A DNA stretch of 64,000 bases from Actinomycetes bacterium (GTDB taxonomy: Bacteria; Actinomycetota; UBA4738; HRBIN12): the NCBI GenBank assembly GCA_031423155.1, contig JANPEZ010000161.1, positions 13,312 to 77,311 on the forward strand, written 5' to 3'. Below the pieces are notes generated by a model. It saw nothing but the letters and a program-made list of their open reading frames with translations. It ran no database searches and was not told the origin of the DNA. Positions 47,484 through 57,129 of the stretch are shown here, in pieces (the first letter of the stretch is position 1; each line of letters begins with the position of its first letter). A program made the translations under genes and the position numbers.

Positions 47484-49691
47484 TCAGGCGGTCGGTAGCA
47501 GGACCCGGAACGAAGCTCCGCCGCCTTCTCGGGCTTCAACCCATGCTCGCCCGCCGTGGAGTTCGGCGAACCTTCTAACCAGCGTCAGGCCGACTCCGAC
47601 TCCCGGTGAATGAACCGAACTCGAACCGGGGGCCTGGCGGAACGGTTCGAAGACTGCCTCTCGCAGATCCTCGGGGACGCCCGGACCCTCGTCCTCGACC
47701 ATCAGGAGAACCGCGTCCTCCTGGGCGATGGCGCGCACCCAGATACGAGCGTCCGGGGGTGTGTGCCGGATCGCGTTCGACAGCAGGTTCTCCAAGATCC
47801 TCTCGACCTTGGCGGCGTCGACCGCGGCGGTGAGCGGCGCGACGTCGGTGTGGACCTGCCTGATCGCCGCGGCCTCGTTCTCGGCGACGGCCCGTTCTAC
47901 CAGAGCAGCTACGTCGGTCGGGCGCCGCTGCGGAGTGATGATCCCCCGCTGCAGACGATCGAGGTCGAGCAGGTCCGATAGCAGGCGCTCGAGTTTGCGG
48001 GCATTCGTCGCGATCCGGTGAACGAAGTCGAGTGCGTCCTCCTGAGGCATCTGAAGGCCCGCCTGTTCCAATGTCAGGGCCGAACCCAAGATCGAGGTCA
48101 ATGGGGTTCGAAGGTCGTGCGAGACCGCTTCCAGGAACGTGTTCTTCATCTCGTCGAGGGCCCGGAGTCGTTGCGCTGCTTCACGTTCGCGCCTGAACGC
48201 CTCCGAGTACTTGCGCTCGGACTTCCGCAGGGCTTGTTCGGCCCGTTTGCGCTCTGTGATGTCGACCATGAGTCCGCGAAGGCTCGGGGGTCCTCCTGGG
48301 TCTTTCACCACGTGGACGAGGTCACGGACCCACGCGGTGCGACCGGTGTCGGTAGCGATCCTGTACTCGATGTTCTCGTCCCGGCCCGAATCCGCCGCCG
48401 CGAGGCACATGGCCAGTGCTGCCTCACGGTCTTCGGGCAAGATGTGATCGCCCCATCTGTGTTCGAGCCAGGTGGCTCCACCGATCAGCTCCTCGGATCC
48501 TCCGCTTACGAAGGAGATCTGCAAGGTCTCCCCGTCGGCCTCCCAGAAGACCGCATCGAGGCTTTCCACGAGTTCGTGAAAGCGCTCCAGCTCCGACAGG
48601 CGTCTTGCGTTCCCGAGCGCGAGCGATGTTATGTCGGCAGTCCCTCCCGCGAGTTGAAGGTCCCGCTCGGAGAAGGAGGAGGTCTCCGTCGCTGCCACTG
48701 CTACGAGCGCGCCGAGGCCGTCGGGTTCCCAGTGCAAAGGTGCGATCAGCATGTCCCTGAAGCCTTCGAACAGGCGGTATTCGGCGGGGACCTGCTCCGC
48801 GACCTCCTTGGGCAGTAGGAAGGGTTCGGTCACCGAGGACATGAAGCGGCTGGCCACATCGGCCGCGACCTCCTGTCTCGTTCCGGGCGGGATCGAAAGC
48901 ACAGGATCGACCGTGGAGTATCGCCGCAGATCGAACGTCCCGGATTCGGGGTCGCGTATGTACACCAATAACGCGCCGTTCGGCACGAGGGATGCGATCG
49001 TCATCTGAGCTTCGCCGAGGATCGCTTCGACATCCTGGATACCCGTCAAGACCTGGGAGAGCCGCAGCAGGGCGGAGGATGCTTGAGCCGCCTCTCGTTC
49101 GGCCTGCAGGAGCCTGGCGTTCTGGAAGGCGATCGCGGCGTGCGAGGAGAGTACTTCGAGCAGTCTGGTGTCCTGGTCGTCGAACTTGCCGTATCCCAAG
49201 CTCGACAGGATGATCACGCCGACGACGTCGGAGCCGGCCAGCATGGGGACGGCAAGGATCGACTCGAGGATGTCTTCCGTGCCCCGGATCAGCACTCCGA
49301 AGTCGACCTCTCGCGCGTCGGGGGTATTGAACGACTCGCGTGTCTCGGCGACTCGGCCTGTGATGCCCTCCCCTACCAGTGAGACGAGCTCCTCCAGGGT
49401 CTCCTTCTCGTAGTCGGAGAAGAGCTCGCCTCGGAACGCCACGGGCATGAGCGTCAGGCCGTCGGCCTGCAACAGGTAGACCCTGCAGTTGTGGTAGTCG
49501 ATGATCGTTCGCAGTTCGGCCGCGATCGCCTGGCCGATCTCCTCGACGTCTCCGAGGCTGTTCAGCTTCGCGGCCAGGCTGTGGAGCATGTTCAGCTGAG
49601 CTAGTGAGCGCAGGCCGGTATCTACGCCGTTGTTCGTTCCCTCCCTGCCTGCGGGCGCCATCTCACTCCTGTCCGGTCTGACTACGTGCAT
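47484..49691 (-). CDS. Sensor histidine kinase with tandem GAF and PAS domains (HisKA plus HATPase_c), cytoplasmic
   Basis: H-box LEAVSHDLRTPLTSILGSA, N-box NLLSNAIRHT, G-boxes DEGPGVP and GVGLTLV. The N-terminus carries GAF and PAS folds. There is no TM helix and no adjacent cognate regulator. Confidence 0.8.
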   Translation of the reverse strand: MHVVRPDRSEMAPAGREGTNNGVDTGLRSLAQLNMLHSLAAKLNSLGDVEEIGQAIAAELRTIIDYHNCRVYLLQADGLTLMPVAFRGELFSDYEKETLEELVSLVGEGITGRVAETRESFNTPDAREVDFGVLIRGTEDILESILAVPMLAGSDVVGVIILSSLGYGKFDDQDTRLLEVLSSHAAIAFQNARLLQAEREAAQASSALLRLSQVLTGIQDVEAILGEAQMTIASLVPNGALLVYIRDPESGTFDLRRYSTVDPVLSIPPGTRQEVAADVASRFMSSVTEPFLLPKEVAEQVPAEYRLFEGFRDMLIAPLHWEPDGLGALVAVAATETSSFSERDLQLAGGTADITSLALGNARRLSELERFHELVESLDAVFWEADGETLQISFVSGGSEELIGGATWLEHRWGDHILPEDREAALAMCLAAADSGRDENIEYRIATDTGRTAWVRDLVHVVKDPGGPPSLRGLMVDITERKRAEQALRKSERKYSEAFRREREAAQRLRALDEMKNTFLEAVSHDLRTPLTSILGSALTLEQAGLQMPQEDALDFVHRIATNARKLERLLSDLLDLDRLQRGIITPQRRPTDVAALVERAVAENEAAAIRQVHTDVAPLTAAVDAAKVERILENLLSNAIRHTPPDARIWVRAIAQEDAVLLMVEDEGPGVPEDLREAVFEPFRQAPGSSSVHSPGVGVGLTLVRRFAELHGGRAWVEAREGGGASFRVLLPTA

Positions 49692-49768
49692 CTTGGACCC
49701 CTGATGGTGTTTCGGACTTGCAGGGGGGGTGCTTGAACCGTCAGAGGCGCCCGCTAGGCTCGGACCCG

Positions 49769-50062
49769 ATGCCTGAGCACACCTCCGAGGGGAAGACGGT
49801 GGGGTCCTCGGACACGCTCGACGAGCGCGCCCGCGAGATCCTCGACCTGGAAAGGACCTGGTGGCAGGAGCCTGTGTCCAAGGAGCGCGTCATCCGTGCC
49901 CGTCTGGGGATCTCTCCGGCCAGGTATCACCAGCTGCTCAACCGCACCATCGATCTCCCCGAGGCTCTCGGCTACGATCCGATGCTGGTCAGGAGGCTGA
50001 GAAGGGTCCGAGAGGACCGCAGGCGCCGTCGGGTTGCGACCCAACTCGGCCTTCCCGTTTGA
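49769..50062 (+). CDS. DUF3263-like small protein
   Basis: LDERAREILDLERTWW...ARYHQLLNRTIDLPEALGYDPMLVRRLRR. Confidence 0.5.
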   Translation: MPEHTSEGKTVGSSDTLDERAREILDLERTWWQEPVSKERVIRARLGISPARYHQLLNRTIDLPEALGYDPMLVRRLRRVREDRRRRRVATQLGLPV

Positions 50063-50080
50063 GACGGTAGGATTAGCCGC

Positions 50081-50596
50081 GTGAACACCGGAACCGTGCG
50101 TATCCTCGTCATCTCAGCTCTGCTGGTCTCGGGTATCGGGGTGCTCGCCAGCGGCTTCACCGGTTCCTCCGGAGGGGCGGTCGCTCTTCCGACCGGACAG
50201 GGCGGACCGAGCGGGACGCCGACTCCCGAGCCGAGTACGACCAAGTCGCCTCAGCCGGCCTCCACGCCGAGTCCACAGATCGCCGGCGTCAACGTGATGG
50301 TCTTCAACGGCACCAACGTGGTGGGCTTGGGCGGCCAGGTTCAGAAGGACCTGGAGAAGGACGACTACACCTTCCCCGCCAACGCCGACGACGCCCCTCA
50401 CAAGCCGATGAACGCCTCTATCGTGTACTTCAGAGGCGGCGACAGCTCGGCTCAGAGCGAGTCGGATGCTCGCTACCTAGCCGACACTTACCTCAACGGC
50501 GCCAGGGTCAAGGAACTCTCACCCGACTTCGAAAGCCTCGTCGATCCGACCGTTACGGTCGTTGTGGTCGTCGGGGTCGACTTCGCAACCGCCTGA
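50081..50596 (+). CDS. LytR_C-domain protein (cell-envelope-related LytR C-terminal domain)
   Basis: Signal/TM helix, then VNVMVFNGTNVVGLGGQVQKDLEKD and RYLADTYLNGARV. Confidence 0.65.
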   Translation: MNTGTVRILVISALLVSGIGVLASGFTGSSGGAVALPTGQGGPSGTPTPEPSTTKSPQPASTPSPQIAGVNVMVFNGTNVVGLGGQVQKDLEKDDYTFPANADDAPHKPMNASIVYFRGGDSSAQSESDARYLADTYLNGARVKELSPDFESLVDPTVTVVVVVGVDFATA

Positions 50597-50597
50597 C

Positions 50598-51326
50598 GTG
50601 CTGCCGGCCCTGATCGACCGGGCCGAGCGAGCGGGCATCTTCTTAGATTTCGACGGGTCGCTCTCATCCATCGTTGCGCGACCCTCGCTGGCCGAACCCT
50701 TTGAGGGAGTGCGCGAAGCCCTAGCTGAACTCATTGCGCGCTTCGGGGTCGTCTCGGTCGTGAGTGGCCGCTCCACGAGTGACATCGAAGGACTCGTGGA
50801 TGTGCCGGGCGTTCGCTACGAGGGTTCTTACGGGATGAGCGATGCGGCACCCGTCTCGTCCGAACTCGTTGCGGCAGTAGCGACGGCGGTTTCGAAAGTC
50901 GGGGACGCGTGGGTCGAGGACAAGGGGGCTTCCGTCGGCGTTCACTACCGCCAGACGAAGGACCCGGTTGCGGCCAGGGCGCTGCTGGTTGAGGCTCTCG
51001 GGCCGATCGCAGCGGAGTCGGGGTCGGATATCTACGAGGGGAAGATGGTGATCGAGCTGGTGCCGGCCGGCGCCTCGATGAAGGGCGATGCGGTCGAAAG
51101 GATCGTCGCGGAGCTTTCGCTGGAGGCGGTGCTTTTCGCCGGGGACGACTTCCCCGATCTCGACGCGTTCGCCGCCCTCGATCGGATGGCCGCTAGGGGG
51201 ATCGTCGCGGTCAAGGTGGCCGTTGCCGGTTCCGAAACGCCGGATGAGCTGTTATCGGCGGCCGACTTGACGGTGGACGGGCCGGCCGGCTTGGTCGAAC
51301 TGCTGCGAACACTGGCCGAGGGCTAG
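50598..51326 (+). CDS. otsB: Trehalose-6-phosphate phosphatase
   Basis: HAD motif LDFDGSL. It is convergent on otsA. The GTG start lies 1 nt after the preceding stop. Confidence 0.7.
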   Translation: MLPALIDRAERAGIFLDFDGSLSSIVARPSLAEPFEGVREALAELIARFGVVSVVSGRSTSDIEGLVDVPGVRYEGSYGMSDAAPVSSELVAAVATAVSKVGDAWVEDKGASVGVHYRQTKDPVAARALLVEALGPIAAESGSDIYEGKMVIELVPAGASMKGDAVERIVAELSLEAVLFAGDDFPDLDAFAALDRMAARGIVAVKVAVAGSETPDELLSAADLTVDGPAGLVELLRTLAEG

Positions 51327-52715
51327 TCAAGCCAGCAGGTCCCGCACCTGGCTGCCCAGCCATTCCGACGGAGGGTTCGATGCTGCAGCGCGCGATAGGG
51401 CCCGTGAGCGACGCGACCGTTCACCCTCGGGCATCTCGAGCGCTTCTCGGATCGCGCCAGCTTGCTCTCCGATATCGAACGGATTTACGCCGACGGAGTG
51501 CTTGCCGAGAAGGTCGAACGCGCCGGCCTCGCGCGAGAGGATCAGAGCTCCGTTCCTTCCGTTGAGTGTCGGTCCCTCCATGGCGACGAGGTTCATCCCG
51601 TCCACGACGGGGTTGACCAACAAGGCGTCGTAGACGCCGTACGCCGCAAGGACTTCGGCGTGATCGTCCTTCACGCGGACTTCGATCGGCCGCCAGTCTG
51701 GCGCTCCGAGTTCGGCGTTGATGCGACGGGCCTCGGCCTTGCAGGCGCGGGAGTAGACACCGTATTCGGCGATGTCTGCGCGTGATGGGCTCAGCAGCGC
51801 CAGATGCACGACCTTGCCTCTCCACTTCCTGTTCCTCCGCAGGAACTCCTCGTAGGCCAGGAAGCCCCGAAGGATGTTCTTGGACAGCTCCATCCGGTCT
51901 ACCCGAAGCAGCAGCGCGCGACCGGCGAGGCGCTCTTGCAACCGGGCGCGCTTGGCCAGGATGGACGGAGCGTTCGCCTGCTGCCTCAGGTCCTGGGGAG
52001 GTGTTACCGGGTAGACACCGAGCCGCACGGTGCGCCCCCCGACGGAAAGGTGACTCCTGCCTTTGGCTGTCACGCCGTCCAGTTCGAGCGCCGCCCGGCG
52101 AAAGTTATCGGCCCATCTTCGCGTATGGAACCCGAGCTGATCTGCTCCGAGCAGTCCTCTCAGAAGTTCCTCGCGCATGCTGTCTGGCAGAACGTGCAGG
52201 CCGGAAAGGTCGGCGAAAGGGGTGTGGGTGAAGTGCGCGATGCGAGAGTCGGGTGAAAGTTCTCGAAGCAGTGCCGGCACCAGGGACAGGTGGTAGTCCT
52301 GAACCATGTGGATCCCGCCCGAGCCTGCTTCGCGGACCATCGCCCGCGCGAAGGACCTGTTGGTTCTGACGTAGGCGCTCCACGCCGTCGTGGTCGCTTC
52401 ATCGAACACCGGCTGGAGCGATCGATCCCACAACGCGTGGTGCAGGAACCACAGAACCCTGTTCGAGATCCCGTTGTAGGCGCGCTCGAGCACCTCGGGC
52501 GGGAGGGAGACGAAACGCACCCGCATACCGTTGACCTGGACCCCGCGGCCACGGCGCTCGGCCGGCGTGGATGCGGAGCAGACCCAACTTGCGTCGAGTT
52601 CGCGCAGCGCGTCGATCAGGATCGGGGCCATGCCCCCAGCGGCGCCGACGGTCCTGCCGCCACCGTCGCGGAGCGTTACCGGTCCGCGGTTGGAGGCCAG
52701 GACCAGCCTGCTCAC
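51327..52715 (-). CDS. otsA: Alpha,alpha-trehalose-phosphate synthase (GT20)
   Basis: Motifs MSRLVLASNRGPV and VQDYHLSLVP, with GT20 length. Confidence 0.85.
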   Translation of the reverse strand: MSRLVLASNRGPVTLRDGGGRTVGAAGGMAPILIDALRELDASWVCSASTPAERRGRGVQVNGMRVRFVSLPPEVLERAYNGISNRVLWFLHHALWDRSLQPVFDEATTTAWSAYVRTNRSFARAMVREAGSGGIHMVQDYHLSLVPALLRELSPDSRIAHFTHTPFADLSGLHVLPDSMREELLRGLLGADQLGFHTRRWADNFRRAALELDGVTAKGRSHLSVGGRTVRLGVYPVTPPQDLRQQANAPSILAKRARLQERLAGRALLLRVDRMELSKNILRGFLAYEEFLRRNRKWRGKVVHLALLSPSRADIAEYGVYSRACKAEARRINAELGAPDWRPIEVRVKDDHAEVLAAYGVYDALLVNPVVDGMNLVAMEGPTLNGRNGALILSREAGAFDLLGKHSVGVNPFDIGEQAGAIREALEMPEGERSRRSRALSRAAASNPPSEWLGSQVRDLLA

Positions 52716-53962
52716 GCCCCGGCCCCCAGCGATGCGAACAGCTTCAGGTGATCTTCGAGTTCGCGCAGGCTCAGGAAGCGTTCACGGACCCTATCGCGCC
52801 CGGCGTCACCCATCCGGGCCGCGAGTGCGGGGTCCAAAAGCAACTCCGACAGGCGCTTGCCGCACTCGTCGGCTCCCTCGACGAGGAATCCGGTTTCGCC
52901 CTCGGAGATCTGCAGGCGGATCCCCCCGACGTTTCCTCCGATGACGGGCTTACGCTTCCACATCCCCTCGGCGACGACCAGGCCGAAACCCTCACGGGTC
53001 GATTTCTGAACGATCACATCGGCGGCCTGCTGGAAGGCGTTCACCTCGACGTGGCCAACACCGTCGGCATCGGTCAACAGATGGACCTCCCGATCGTGGC
53101 CGGCGTGGGCCAGGGTCTTCTCCAGGTACTCCATGCCTTCGGGGTCGTCGCTGGCCATCGATCCGGCCATGACGAGCTGAAGGCCGGGAACCTCCTCGCG
53201 CGCTATCCGGTAGGCGTCGATCACTCCGAGCGGGTCCTTCCATGGGTCGAACCGCGAGATCTGCACCGCCAGAGGTCTGTCCGGGTCGACGCCGTATCTG
53301 GCCAGGGTCTCCGCGACGATCGCCGCAGGCAGCTCGCGGTTCTTCTCGGATGTGGGGTCGATCGAGGGTGGTATCAGCGCCACGCGCGGACCTTTGACGC
53401 CCGCCTGCACGAACTCCTCAAGGGTGAAGATGGTTGCGTCGTAACGGTTGATGATCGGTTCGAAGAAAGACCACACGCGCTCGTTCGTGTTCGATAGGTC
53501 GATGTGGATGCGCCAGGTCCACTTGCCCGAGCGGCGTCCCATCTCCTCGAGAACCTCGAGCGATCCCGCAGGCTGAGGATCGTGGATCAGGACGTGATCG
53601 TAGGTCCCGTCGAATGCCGCGGCGTTGGCCCTGACCCTCTCCCAGTAGACGTCCTGCATGTGCGGGGTCCACTCGACGTCCATGCCCTGAAGGCCGTTGT
53701 GAACGGCCTTGGTCACGGCGAAGAACTCGTCGGAGCCCTCGATGACTGCCCAGCTCGCGTCTATCCCAAGATCTCGCAGCAGCGGGATGTGGGTGGCCAG
53801 CAATTCGGCAACCCCGCCACCGTAGCTCGTGCTGTTGACCTGGAGGATCCTTGCGCCGCGCAGGGGCTCGGCTGCATCCCGGAGCCGCTGGACCGCTTCC
53901 TCACCCGCGTCCGCGATGTAGTCGCTCAAACGCTTTGGCGCGACGTCGACTATGGGGAGCAC
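52712..53962 (-). CDS. treT: Trehalose glycosyltransferring synthase TreT (GT4)
   Basis: Alignable along its whole length to archaeal TreT: VNSTSYGGGVAELL, LLRDLGI, FFAVTKAVHNGLQG, HDPQPA, WRIHIDLS, SIDPTSEKN, SRFDPWK, REGFGLVVAEGMWKRKPVIGGNVGGIRLQI, ETGFLV. Confidence 0.8.
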   Translation of the reverse strand: MLPIVDVAPKRLSDYIADAGEEAVQRLRDAAEPLRGARILQVNSTSYGGGVAELLATHIPLLRDLGIDASWAVIEGSDEFFAVTKAVHNGLQGMDVEWTPHMQDVYWERVRANAAAFDGTYDHVLIHDPQPAGSLEVLEEMGRRSGKWTWRIHIDLSNTNERVWSFFEPIINRYDATIFTLEEFVQAGVKGPRVALIPPSIDPTSEKNRELPAAIVAETLARYGVDPDRPLAVQISRFDPWKDPLGVIDAYRIAREEVPGLQLVMAGSMASDDPEGMEYLEKTLAHAGHDREVHLLTDADGVGHVEVNAFQQAADVIVQKSTREGFGLVVAEGMWKRKPVIGGNVGGIRLQISEGETGFLVEGADECGKRLSELLLDPALAARMGDAGRDRVRERFLSLRELEDHLKLFASLGAGA

Positions 53963-53982
53963 GACGCCGAGTCTACGGGGGC

Positions 53983-54411
53983 TCAGAACGTCTTGTGGCT
54001 CAGCCGATCGACCTGCTGTTCACGAACCCGGGTTCGCTCGGCCTGGCTCATCCCGTGGACATCGGCGAGCGTCTGCATCAGGTCTGCGGGGGAGAACGGC
54101 TTCGTCACGTAGCCGGATGCGCCACCGTTCCAGCCCCGGAGTTGGTCTTCCACCTGCGCCTTGGCGCTCAGCATCACGACGGGCACGCCTTTGGTCTCGT
54201 CGGTCGAGCCTAGATTCTCCAAGACCTCAAAACCGTCCATCCTGGGCAGCATGACGTCCAAGACGATGAGGTCGGGGTTGCCGCTGCGGGCCAGGGCGAG
54301 TCCGAGTTCGCCGTCGGGCGCTTCGAGCACTTCGTGCCCCGCGCCTTCCAGGTTGACGCGGCACAGCATCAATACGTCTGGTTCGTCGTCGATGACGAGC
54401 ACCCGGGCCAT
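53983..54411 (-). CDS. Single-domain CheY-like response regulator inside the otsA-treT operon
   Basis: MARVLVIDDEPDVL...LIVLDVMLPRMDG...VVMLSAKA. Confidence 0.8.
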   Translation of the reverse strand: MARVLVIDDEPDVLMLCRVNLEGAGHEVLEAPDGELGLALARSGNPDLIVLDVMLPRMDGFEVLENLGSTDETKGVPVVMLSAKAQVEDQLRGWNGGASGYVTKPFSPADLMQTLADVHGMSQAERTRVREQQVDRLSHKTF

Positions 54412-54491
54412 GGGCAGTTTCCTTCGTTCGGGCGTACCTCGCCCTATTCGTTCAGTTTCGGCGGAGACTGAGAAGACTTGAGTCGTTCCGC

Positions 54492-55340
54492 TCAGATGGT
54501 GCGACCGAGCAGGTACCCGACGGCGTCGGCGAAGCCATCCCCGTGCGAGCCCGGGGTCGCCCAGGCGCCTTCGAGATCACCGAGCCCGTTCATGGTCGCC
54601 GCCCCGTTCGCGACGATGAAGGTCGCTCCTACCTGAGGGGAAACCTCCAGATCACTGATCGCGTCGCCGATCATCGCCGCGGCCTCGCGCGCGATGTCGT
54701 TGCGTTCCCTGTGCAGGCGAACGCCGGCCGCTTTGGTCACTCCCTTCGGTGTCAGGTGAAATGCGTGAACCTCGTCGACGTCCAGGCCGGGGAAGGACCT
54801 TGGTATGCGGCCGTTGTCGTGTAGTTCCAGCCAGGGGAATCCGGCGCTCGCAAGGCCCCCGGTGGCCTCGTCCGGATCGACCCAACCTCGATACAGGATC
54901 GTTGCCTCTCGTCGGATGCTCGACCAGGGAGTGTGAAGCTCGAGCCTTCCTCGGTAACGCTCCAGGAGCAGGGCCCCGACCCCCGATCGGGTCATCTCGT
55001 CGAAGGGCGCACCCTCACCTTCGTATGCACCGAAGTTGGTCGTCACCGTCTCGTCCAGGTGAGAGCCCTCCACCAAGATCGCGCCGAGTTCGGCGACGTA
55101 GGCGCTTGCCCCGAGGAGCCTGCGCGCCTCGATCATCCCGGGTCGTCCGCGACCGCTGACGAGAACCAGATCGACGCCGGCATCGTGAAGGGCTTGAACC
55201 GCCCGAGCCGGTCGGAGCGTGCTGGATCCGCTCGCGGTGGAAAAGAGCGAGCCCCCAGGGCCCAGGAGGGTGCCGTCAAGGTCGGCGTAGACGACCTCCG
55301 GCGGCGTCTGGCGCTCCGGTGCCTGGGCGAGCGGCCTCAC
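54492..55340 (-). CDS. HAD-IIB (Cof-type) phosphatase
   Basis: VVYADLDGTLLGPGG and a C-terminal GDAISD. It is the first gene of the minus-strand operon that continues through the regulator, treT and otsA. Confidence 0.65.
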   Translation of the reverse strand: MRPLAQAPERQTPPEVVYADLDGTLLGPGGSLFSTASGSSTLRPARAVQALHDAGVDLVLVSGRGRPGMIEARRLLGASAYVAELGAILVEGSHLDETVTTNFGAYEGEGAPFDEMTRSGVGALLLERYRGRLELHTPWSSIRREATILYRGWVDPDEATGGLASAGFPWLELHDNGRIPRSFPGLDVDEVHAFHLTPKGVTKAAGVRLHRERNDIAREAAAMIGDAISDLEVSPQVGATFIVANGAATMNGLGDLEGAWATPGSHGDGFADAVGYLLGRTI

Positions 55341-55420
55341 CCTCGCACCCGCGTTGACGTGCTCATACCCTGACCCTACCCTGGCTGTTGGGGCATCGAC
55401 CCCGCGGCGAAAGGCGCCCG

Positions 55421-55894
55421 ATGCTGAAGGTCTCCCAGAAGCTCGAATACGCGATGCGAGCCATGATCGAGCTCGCCGAGAGGCGAGACGGCGACCTCCT
55501 GGTGCCCGCGCGTGAGATCGCCGTGGCCCAGCAGATCCCCCTGCGCTTCCTCGAGCAGCAGCTCGGAGCTTTGAACAAGGCCGGCCTGGTCGAGAGTTTC
55601 AGAGGCTCCGGCGGCGGGTGCCGTCTGGCCAAGCCCCCCGAGGACATCCGTGTGGCCGACATAGCCGAGGCCATCGAGGGCCACGTCGCCCCCATGGGCT
55701 GCCTGGAACCGGAGGATCACACCTGTTTCGCTGACGCCCGCTGCGGCCTGCAGGGATTCTGGGGGGACGTGGCTATCGCGATCCAGCGTGTCTTCGACGA
55801 AACGACGGTGGCGGACCTCGCGGCCCGCCACCAGAAGATGGCTCCGGGGCCCCTGCTGATATCCCCGGAGAAGCTTCTCTCCCGGCTGAACTAG
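55421..55894 (+). CDS. Rrf2-family transcriptional regulator (IscR/NsrR-like, with a Cys cluster)
   Basis: MLKVSQKLEYAMRAMIELA... helix-turn-helix, plus three C-terminal cysteines (CLEPEDHTCFADARC). Confidence 0.8.
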   Translation: MLKVSQKLEYAMRAMIELAERRDGDLLVPAREIAVAQQIPLRFLEQQLGALNKAGLVESFRGSGGGCRLAKPPEDIRVADIAEAIEGHVAPMGCLEPEDHTCFADARCGLQGFWGDVAIAIQRVFDETTVADLAARHQKMAPGPLLISPEKLLSRLN

Positions 55895-55950
55895 CCGTTC
55901 AGCCGCCCTCCTCGTGTTCCCGGCGCGCTTCGTGCGCCCCCGGTTCGTGC

Positions 55951-56097
55951 CTAGCCGGACTTGCCCAGGATGCGCATCACCTTGGTGCCGCAGACCGGGC
56001 AGGTGCCCTGTGCAGCCTTGCGTCCGTTCTTCAGCGTTACCTCGCTGCCTTCGAACTCGCGCTTGGCGCGACACTTCACGCAGTAAGCCTCGTACAT
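55951..56097 (-). CDS. Small zinc-ribbon protein (48 aa), not listed in the ORF track
   Basis: MYEAYCVKCRAKREFEGSEVTLKNGRKAAQGTCPVCGTKVMRILGKSG. A GGAAGGAGG ribosome-binding site lies 9 nt upstream. It has a four-cysteine zinc ribbon and high GC at third codon positions. Confidence 0.6.
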   Translation of the reverse strand: MYEAYCVKCRAKREFEGSEVTLKNGRKAAQGTCPVCGTKVMRILGKSG

Positions 56098-56370
56098 GGC
56101 CACGCGGGCCTCCTTCCCCCTCAGGGTGCTCCGGAGGCCGCCTGCCTGGCGGCCTCAGGCACGATGCTCCCCCCCTCCAGGCACGCCGTCAAGCACATCG
56201 AGAAGGTCGCAGGGACAGTTTCGTGCGTGGATCACGGGCGGAGCGTGACCGTTATGTCCTCGGATGACCGCCTGAGAAGGGAGCAGATCGTGGACCAGAG
56301 ACGGTCTCGGTCGGAGAAGGGCACGCTCGCGGTGCGCGAGCGTTCGCAGATGCACCTTGGACCGTACGGA

Positions 56371-56790
56371 TCAGGGGACGCCGGGACGGCGAGGCGCGTC
56401 GACGACCGGCCCGGGCGCGTGCCACACCGCCTCGATGTTGTTCTGATGCAAGTCGTTGACGAATGCCGCGTAATATCGCTCGGAGTACCGCGTCCAGACC
56501 CCGGGCTCGCCTCGAACGGTCGCGCCGTTTGCGACGGCGGCCGCGAAGAATCCATCCACGGCGTCCCGACCCTCGGCGGAGAACGCAACATGCGCCGCTG
56601 TAGTCGCGGGCTCCCCACAGCAGATCGTGAAGTCGTCCAGGTCCTCCGCCCCGTAGGAGACACAGTCGTCCTGAGGGTAAAGTTCCTCATAGCCGAGTGG
56701 GGCGAGGGCGGCTGTATAGAGCCCCCGGCTGGCGTCCAGATCTGCCACGACGAAGAGCACGTGATCGACGACGACGCGGCGAATCGTCAT
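56371..56790 (-). CDS. VOC-family protein (glyoxalase/bleomycin-resistance/dioxygenase fold)
   Basis: Paired βαβββ-like VOC modules (VDHVLFVVADLDASRGLY...). Confidence 0.6.
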   Translation of the reverse strand: MTIRRVVVDHVLFVVADLDASRGLYTAALAPLGYEELYPQDDCVSYGAEDLDDFTICCGEPATTAAHVAFSAEGRDAVDGFFAAAVANGATVRGEPGVWTRYSERYYAAFVNDLHQNNIEAVWHAPGPVVDAPRRPGVP

Positions 56791-56847
56791 TGGTTCACGC
56801 TATCAACTCCGGGGCTGGGGTCGCTACCGGCGGAGCCAGATGATCCG

Positions 56848-57129
56848 TCAGGCCTCCGGGATGCACCCATATGGATCGCACCAGACCGCCGCCCCGTATC
56901 GGGAGATCGCGAAGTCGAAGCTCGCGTCGGCGAACTGTGCACGTTCGGCGCTCGCGTGCACGAGCGGGAATCGCAGACCCAATTTCCCCTGGAGCATCCG
57001 GGCCGTCGCGAGCTGGTTCGACGAGTTGTCGAGGCCGCATCCGAGTTCGATGGCGTCGGGCCCCGTTACGTCAGGCAGCGGGTGAAGGTCCGACTCCGGA
57101 TTGCCCCTGCCCCAGACCGGTTCCTTCAT
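56848..57129 (-). pseudogene. Truncated class I SAM-dependent methyltransferase (fragment)
   Basis: AIELGCGLD (motif I) and FDFAIS (post-I) are present, but the ORF is only 93 aa and stops before the remaining motifs. Confidence 0.3.

Noticed and set aside
56133-56156. A GC hairpin (GAGGCCGCC-tgcct-GGCGGCCTC) between the VOC gene and the small zinc-ribbon gene.
   Set aside because: No T-tract follows it on either strand, so a role as an intrinsic terminator is uncertain.
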